From positions 113,071 to 177,070 of the forward strand of contig CAWGAO010000007.1 of NCBI GenBank assembly GCA_963820595.1: a stretch of DNA of 64,000 bases, given 5' to 3'. This DNA is from Candidatus Tagabacteria bacterium. GTDB taxonomy: Bacteria; Patescibacteriota; Minisyncoccia; GCA-002779875. This document shows, one piece after another, positions 57,754 to 64,000 of the stretch (position 1 is the stretch's first letter; the number at the start of each line of letters is the position of its first letter). The position numbers and the translations under genes are program-made. The notes below the pieces were generated by a model. That model saw only the letters and a program-made list of their open reading frames with translations. It was not told the DNA's origin and made no database searches.

Positions 57754-57960
57754 AGCGCCGCTGGTTTCGGTAACCGAGGAATTTTCTAACGTAGTCCCGC
57801 CAGAGTTATAGCGAATAAGTCTTGTATCAGTTAAAGCCGCAATATGGTACTATCAACTCGGTCCATGTTTAAGTTTGATACTTTTGTCGTGGAAGTTATT
57901 ACAAATGGAGCTGTCCCGTCAGCTTTGGTGTTAGTAAGCTGGTCGGACATGGACAGGGTG
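57040..57960. repeat. Tandem repeat, unit about 351 nt (two full copies plus a partial one)
   Basis: The landmark CTTATCATCAACTCGGTCTACGTTTAAGTTTGATACTTTTGTCGTGG recurs at about 57271 and 57621, with a diverged copy at about 57845. Confidence 0.7.
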
Positions 57961-58797
57961 GTGATATTAAGACAAAGCGCCGGCAGTATAAAGTCTGGTG
58001 GTGCCGCCTGTTTGGATGCCGGTGACCGTAGAATTGATGGCGCCTGGCGGCAACAATTGTGCCGGCCGAAGTGTTGACCAAACCGACTCCCAAACCTCCG
58101 GTGAAATATCCGCTGCCTCCGACAGCCAGCGTTGCCGCGGGCGTATCCGTCGCTATGCCGACGTTGCCGTTGTTATCAATTCTCATCCTTTCAGCTGGAG
58201 GAAATCCAGATCCAACTCCTCCTACAGCCGTATAAAACGCCAGCTGGCTGCTGCCGTTGGCAAAGTTTCTTTGGCCGTTGATTGAAACAATCGCGCTCCC
58301 TCCCACTAGAAAATTGCCGGTGACGTCCCGAGTGGCAAAAACAAGCTGGGTAAGATTATTCGCCGTTGTGTTGTTGTTTATCAAAACAAGCTGGGGAGAA
58401 GAACCGTCAAATGTGGTTAAAGTGTCGCTGATTCTTGACCGCCATTTCAGCGGTGTTTGAAGTAAGTTGATTATTCCAATAACCCGTTGTGTCTAGTTCC
58501 GACGCCGAAATTTGCTATCCGGAGTAATAAAAATAGTAGAGGTTCCGGATATGGTATTTCCATCTGAAAGATAATATCCAACATAACCGGCAAAACTCGG
58601 ATTAACAGTGCCAAAACCTAAAGTTGAGGTAGCCACCCATTGCGTTGCCGAGCCGGTTGATTGAAGAAGCTAACCGTTTGACCCCGGCCCAGTGGCATTA
58701 TTGTAAATAGCGCCGGTAAGGTAGAGAGAACCATTGACCGAAAGTTTTTGAGAGGGCGTATCCGTCGCGATGCCGACGTTGCCGCTCGAGTCAATTC
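57754..58797 (-). pseudogene. Heavily frame-shifted stretch of the fibre locus, with an in-frame TAG
   Basis: By comparison with the paralogous segment in ORF 58798..61536, homologous sequence must be read in all three frames within about 100 nt (ANFGVGT / ELDTTGYWNNQLTSNTAEMAVKNQ / SDTLTTFDGSSPQLVL). A TAG also interrupts GPGSNG*LLQSTG. Confidence 0.5.
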
Positions 58798-61765
58798 TCA
58801 CCTTTCTTCCGGAATAACTCCAAAATTAACTCCTCCCGCGGATCCGTATAAAATGCCAGTTGGCTGCTGCGTTACCATAGATTTCTCTCGACCGTTGATT
58901 GAAACAATCGCGCTTTCTCCCGTTAAAACGTTGCTGTTGTTTTGAGTGGCGAAAACAAGCTGGGTAAGATTATTAGTCGTCTTGTCGCTATTTACTAAAA
59001 CAAGCTGGGGCGAAGAGCCGTTGAACGTGATTGAAGTGTCGCTGTTCTGAACTGCCATTTCAGCGGTTTTTGCGGTACCTTGATCATTCCAAAGATTCGT
59101 TGTATTCGTGATGCCGACTCCGACACTGCCGCCAATAGTTGCAAGATAAGCTGAACTCGTGGCGGTTAATTGGGTTGTTGAAGCGTTGCCGTTAATTGTA
59201 AAAAGTTTCGTAGTTGAAGCCCACGTGAAATTAGCGTCTCCGCCGAATGCCCCGCCGTTATTGTATTGAACGTAAGTATCAGAACCGGCAGCCGTACCGG
59301 TAATCCCTAAAGTGTCAGTGGCGGTCCAAGTTGGGATTCCGGTTCCTATGCCCAGCATCAGAACGTTTCCGTCTGTGGAAGAAGCGATTTTTGCGAATGT
59401 CGTCGCAGTATCAGCATAAAGCATGTCTCCGGGAGTGTATGAAAAATATCCTGTGCCTCCGTAGCCGACATCGATTATTCCTCCATTCCAGGTTCCCAGG
59501 GAAAATGTTCCGCCGTAAGCGTTTCCTGAAATGTAGAGGTCGGTAGTGGAAGCGGTTCCGGAAACAGTCAAAGCGGTTGTGGATGCGTAAGGAATAGTTA
59601 CTTTTCCGTTACCGAAAGTAACAGGCTGGTTGTTTGAAGTATTTATGGAAAGAAGTGAGCCGGAATTAATAAGGTATGCTCCGCTTGCAGTTAACTGGGA
59701 ACCGGTGGAAGTGGCTGTTCCTCCATAGTCTGTTGTTCCGAAATATCCGGTTCCCGAAACAGTCAAAGCGGTTGAGGAAGCGTAAGGAAATGTTGAAGCG
59801 ATTGAAGTCGAAGTGGCGGTGATGTAGTTGACTGTCGGACTTGTGGAAGCCGCCAGGGCCGAAGTTCCTCCCGTGGAATAAAGCCAGCCTTGGCCGAAAG
59901 AATTGGCGCCAGTGCCGCCGTAGCCAACATCAATTGTTGAACCGTTCCAAGTTCCGCCGATTACCGTTCCTAAAACCGAGTTAGTTGAAACAGTAAGATT
60001 GGAAATTGTCGTTGAGGCGGCATTTGTATCTACAGTGAATACCGAACTCGTTGCCGCGTTCAATATCTGAAAAGCTGTGGCTGAATTTGAAGTTGTCTGA
60101 AAAGCCACGTTCCCTCCGTAAACATTTAGTTTAGCCAGAGGCGTTGTCGTCCCGATGCCGACGTTGCCAGAAGTTGAAATAAATAAAGTTGAAGTGGCTT
60201 GCAAAGCGCTGGCGGAATTGCCGATTAAAGCGTAGCCGGCAGTGGCTGAACCGATTCCCGTGCCTCCACGGGAGACATTGAGATATTGTTCGGATGAAAT
60301 TGTGTTTGCATCAGTCCAATAAGCAGCATAGTCAGTCTGGCCGTTTCCCCTGCCCTGGACTCCGATTGTTGAAGTGGCTTGCCAGGAAGGAAGGCCGTTA
60401 AATGAAGTTAAAACGTATCCTCCTGTTCCGATGTTCAGTTTGGCTAAACTGTCGTTGTTGTCAGAATAGAGCAAATCTCCTTTTGTCCATGTTGTTTGAT
60501 TTGTTCCACCGTGGGTCGCGTCAATTGCTGTGCCGTTCCAGGTTCCTCCGACAACTAATCCAACATTTGAATAATTAGAAGCAAGGTACGGGAAAGTTGA
60601 AGTGGCTGATGTCGAAGTGGCGGTGATGTAATTGACTGTCGGACTTGTGGAAGCCGCCAGAGCCGAAGTTCCGCCCGTGGAATAAAGCCAGCCTTGGCCG
60701 AAAGAATTAGCGCCTGTGCCTCCTTTGTTTACGTCCAATGTTCCGATAATGGTTGCCAATGTTGTGGTCGGCTGCCAGGTCGGAACTCCGTTAAATAAAG
60801 CAAGAACTTCTCCGTCTGTTCCGCTTGAAGTTGTGGCAACTGCTCCTGCGCCGTTGCCTAATAAAATAGAATTGGAATAGAGATTGTTCCAGCCCGTGCC
60901 TCCGTAGCCGACATCGATTATTCCTCCGTTCCAAATTCCCAAGGAAAATGTTCCGCCGTAAGCGTTTCCTGAAATGTAGAGGTCGGTAGTGGAAGCGGTT
61001 CCGGAAACAGTCAAAGCGGTTGAGGAAGCGTAAGGAATGGTTACTTTTCCGTTGCCGAAAGTGACTGGCTGGTTGTTTGAAGTATTTATGGAAAGAAGTG
61101 AGCCGGAATTAATAAGGTATGCTCCGCTTGCAGTTAACTGGGAACCGGTGGAAGTGGCTGTTCCTCCATAGTCTATTGTTCCGAAATATCCGGTTCCCGA
61201 AACAGTCAAAGCGGTTGAAGAAGCGTAAGGAATAGTAACGTAGATTCCGTTGTCAATGATGGCCGAATCGTTGAAAACATTCGTCGTTCCGTTCCATTTC
61301 GGTATGTAGTTATTCGAAAGAGAAGCGATAGTAGAAGAAGACATTTTTTCATTGAAAGTTGTCCAGTCGGTTCCCGAAAGCAAACCAAACACATTGCTCG
61401 ATTTAGCCTGTGGAATATTTAAAGTATGAGTATCGGTAAGAGAAGAAAATCCCCAACCGCCGTCATTTGAGCTGGTAGCAAAATATTGAGTGTTTGCCGT
61501 AAGACCGTTAAGACTTTGAAGTCCCGCGCCTGCCACGCCACAATCTCCGCCAGTTCCAGAAATTACGCCTGATGAATTTACATGAAGACATTGCGTAGAC
61601 CCCGTTATTCCCGAAAGCGTGACGCTATTTGCTAATGTCGCGCCGCCACTAAAAGTATTAAGACTGGAAAATGTATTGGAAGTCGTCGTGCCAAAAGCGG
61701 TGCTAATTGCATTTGAAAAACGCTGTAAAGGATAAGCGAAAGTCAGAGGAAATTCGTAATCTGAT
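58798..61765 (-). CDS. fibre protein, central portion (continues 61703..64000 after a frame break near 61759-61771)
   Basis: The frame of track ORF 58798..61536 is open upstream through SDYEFPLTFAYPLQRFSNAISTAFG...GDCGVAGAGLQ, which directly follows ...GILKGNGTNPIQTAVGG of the upstream ORF. Confidence 0.7.
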
Positions 61766-64000
61766 TCCTCCGACGGCAGTTTGAATCGGATTGGTTCCGT
61801 TTCCTTTTAATATTCCGGTTAAAGTGGTTGAACCGGTTCCGCCGTAGCCGACATCGATTATTCCTCCGTTCCAGATTCCCAAGGAAAATGTTCCGCCGTA
61901 AGCGTTTCCTGAAATGTAGAGGTCGGTGGTGGAAGCGGTTCCGGAAACAGTCAAAGCGGTTGTGGAAGCGTAAGGAATAGTTACTTTTCCGTTGCCGAAA
62001 GTGACTGGCTGGTTGTTTGAAGTATTTATGGAAAGAAGTGAGCCGGAATTAATAAGGTATGCTCCGCTTGCAGTTAACTGGGAACCGGTGGAAGTGGCTG
62101 TTCCTCCATAGTCTGTTGTTCCGAAATATCCGGTTCCGGAAACAGTCAAAGCGGTTGAAGAAGCGTAAGGAATAGTTGAAGCGATTGAAGTCGAAGTGGC
62201 GGTGATATAATTGACTGTCGGACTTGTGGAAGCCGCCAGAGCCGAAGTTCCGCCCGTGGAATAAAGCCAGCCTTGGCCGAAAGAATTAGCGCCAGTGCCT
62301 CCTTTGTTTACGTCCAATGTTCCGATAATGGTTGCCAATGTTGTGGTCGGCTGCCAGGTCGGAACTCCGTTAAATAAAGCAAGAACTTCTCCGTCTGTTC
62401 CGCTTGAAGTTGTGGCAACGGCTCCTGCGCCGTTGCCTAATAAAATTGAATTGGAATAGAGATTGTTCCAGCCTGTGCCTCCCCTATCGACGGCGAGGGT
62501 GCCGGTCCAGCCCGGACTGAAAGTATGGATAGAACCCGAGGAAGTGATTGATAAAGTGATGTTGGCATCCGAAGTTGTGGCAAATGTTTGGTCTGCGGCA
62601 TTTAAGCCGTTCAAAGAAGTTATCCCTCCTCCGCCTCCTATTCCCGCGCAAGAACCGTCGGGCAACCTGAAACAACCGGCCGAAATCTGAATTCCATTTG
62701 CAAAAGTTGAAGTGGCGGAACTGCTGGTTACATTTAAAAGATTTGCTTCGATGCCTCCGGCAAAAGTTGAAGTGGCGGAAGTGGCGACAGCTGTAAAATA
62801 ATCTCCGGCAATCTGACCTGCCACCGATAGCGTCGCGAATGGAGAAGTGGTTCCGATGCCGACGCGATTTGAATAAGGATCAATTACGAAAGTCCCGGAA
62901 GTAAAATCAATGCCGCTTGTCATCGCCACTGTCGTGGTTGCCGTGCTCGAGGCAAGATTCCAAACAGTCGAGTTAATATTTAAAACATCGGAGTCCTGAT
63001 TGCCAATGGTCGTTGTGCCGTTGGACCAAAAATAATCTGAAACAGAGAGTTGAGTCGTTGAAGCTATAGTTGCGTTTAGCTTGAAAACATTAAGATTGGA
63101 CAAAGTGCTTGTTCCCGAAACGTTAAGCGCGGCAAAAGAAGCTGCACCGGATTTTGCAATGTACCAATTCTGAGATGTAATGTTCACATCTTTAGAAATA
63201 TAACCGAGCCGAACGTTTCCTGTCGCGGAAAAATCTCCGCCCACACCCAAGCTGATGTCGAAATCTCCGCTCCTTGCCTGCAGACCGGAATTAAAAAAAG
63301 CAAATCCGCCGAATACGCTCTGACCTCCGACGTTAAAGTTTCCATCCGAAGCTAAAGATTGGGAGGCGCTGATGGTTGGAGCATTCACGAGTTGGGCGCT
63401 CACGGTTCTGCCGGTTATAATTCCCGCCGCGACAACATCCTGCGCGTTAACAGCGCCTCCCACATTGAGGGACTTTTTAAAGTTCGCATTGCCAAAAACG
63501 CTTATTTCTCCATCTACTTCCAGGCTCGACAAGAGCCGGGTTGCGCCTTTAACCAGCAGAGTTCTGCCGACTTCGACTTTGCCGTCCAAATAAACGTCTT
63601 CGGTAGTAATATTGCCGTTCTTAGTTACATATGCCAAAGTAAATTCTTCCGCGTGAAGATTGTCCAAATAATCGGCGTTCAGATTTTCAACTTTTGTTTT
63701 TGAATCTACGACAATGGGCGCGATGCCGTCTTTCACGAATGATCGAAACTGGCCTTCGGTTTCGATGTGGCCGGAAATAGAAATATTTCCGCGTTTGTCT
63801 AAAAGCAAAATTTCATTTTCGTGAGTGCCGGGACGAAAACCTAAAACAGTTTGCGCATCGCGCAACTTGTTCCAAGCGCCGTTCAATGCGTCATCGACAA
63901 ATCCGAAAATGGATCGCGCGGGAAAAACCATCAATAAAATCAAGGCAACGATAAAAAGCGAAAAAAGAAACGAGTGAGAAAAAACGGATTTAAAAGAATT
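61703..64000 (-). CDS. fibre protein, N-terminal portion (partial; the frame is open to the right edge)
   Basis: N-terminal TM/signal-like segment FLFSLFIVALILLMVFPA, then beta-rich Gly/Thr/Ser repeats and the motif VENLNADYLDNLHAEEF. The frame is open past the track start at 63943. Confidence 0.7.
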   Translation of the reverse strand, partial: NSFKSVFSHSFLFSLFIVALILLMVFPARSIFGFVDDALNGAWNKLRDAQTVLGFRPGTHENEILLLDKRGNISISGHIETEGQFRSFVKDGIAPIVVDSKTKVENLNADYLDNLHAEEFTLAYVTKNGNITTEDVYLDGKVEVGRTLLVKGATRLLSSLEVDGEISVFGNANFKKSLNVGGAVNAQDVVAAGIITGRTVSAQLVNAPTISASQSLASDGNFNVGGQSVFGGFAFFNSGLQARSGDFDISLGVGGDFSATGNVRLGYISKDVNITSQNWYIAKSGAASFAALNVSGTSTLSNLNVFKLNATIASTTQLSVSDYFWSNGTTTIGNQDSDVLNINSTVWNLASSTATTTVAMTSGIDFTSGTFVIDPYSNRVGIGTTSPFATLSVAGQIAGDYFTAVATSATSTFAGGIEANLLNVTSSSATSTFANGIQISAGCFRLPDGSCAGIGGGGGITSLNGLNAADQTFATTSDANITLSITSSGSIHTFSPGWTGTLAVDRGGTGWNNLYSNSILLGNGAGAVATTSSGTDGEVLALFNGVPTWQPTTTLATIIGTLDVNKGGTGANSFGQGWLYSTGGTSALAASTSPTVNYITATSTSIASTIPYASSTALTVSGTGYFGTTDYGGTATSTGSQLTASGAYLINSGSLLSINTSNNQPVTFGNGKVTIPYASTTALTVSGTASTTDLYISGNAYGGTFSLGIWNGGIIDVGYGGTGSTTLTGILKGNGTNPIQTAVGGIRLRISSDFRLSFTAFFKCN

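Larger units (their letters stand above)
55300..64000 (-). other. Giant fibre/tail-fibre-like surface protein locus (one gene or a few genes) broken by many frame shifts; 5' end beyond the window
   Basis: Successive minus-strand ORFs (61703..64000, 58798..61765, fragments across 56787..58797, 55300..56925) continue each other's sequence in adjacent frames. They share the GNVGIGT(T/A)xP module, encoded by the recurring CCGATGCCGACGTTGCC. Confidence 0.7.

Noticed and set aside
59459-62478. Diversity-generating retroelement (template/variable repeat pair) acting on the fibre gene
   Set aside because: No reverse transcriptase ORF is in the window. The differences between repeat copies that I inspected are mostly A/G transitions on the plus strand, not adenine-specific substitutions relative to one template copy.
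55300-64000. Prophage tail module
   Set aside because: There is tail-fibre-like architecture and an S74 chaperone, but no capsid, portal, terminase, tail tube, lysis or integrase genes anywhere in the 64 kb. It cannot be excluded beyond the right edge.

Overview
This is a 64-kb bacterial chromosomal segment, and most of its genes are on the minus strand. Taxonomy cannot be assigned from the sequence alone.

Core genes: rpoB-rpoC, dnaG-rpoD, obg, engB and tRNA-Asn.

Metabolic and transport genes:
- a P-type ATPase that is open to the left edge and is missing from the ORF track
- an ABC exporter and a DedA protein
- a panB operon
- the large subunit of B12-dependent methylmalonyl-CoA mutase
- a 2-oxoacid:ferredoxin oxidoreductase
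- tdh-kbl, transcribed divergently from the glycine reductase genes

The glycine reductase genes sit in two blocks, grdE-grdB and trx-grdC-grdA. The ORF track splits grdB and grdA at TGA codons. These codons fall at the conserved selenocysteine positions and are followed by hairpins. A surface-protein island (WxL-like, DUF916/DUF3324/LysM-like, GT39) lies between the two grd blocks.

From 52.5 kb to the right edge the content is selfish elements and surface genes:
- a GIY-YIG gene flanked by perfect 16-bp inverted repeats next to the rpoB start
- a HUH/Y1 (RAYT-like) transposase with its own palindromic REP element, with further copies embedded in frame inside coding sequence
- a fibre-protein locus of more than 8.7 kb with a peptidase-S74 chaperone end, long near-identical internal duplications and many frame breaks

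Other unexplained structure:
- a ~120-nt promoter/hairpin/leader module present twice, upstream of the panB operon and of a thiolase-DUF35 pair
- several families of inverted repeats ending in CCCCG
- a hairpin family showing a compensatory stem change

Caveat: at least 15 single-nucleotide frame breaks interrupt otherwise conserved genes, including the essential dnaG, rpoC, rpoD and obg. Many are in homopolymers. Consensus sequence error is therefore more likely than real pseudogenisation, and exact CDS boundaries should be treated with care.
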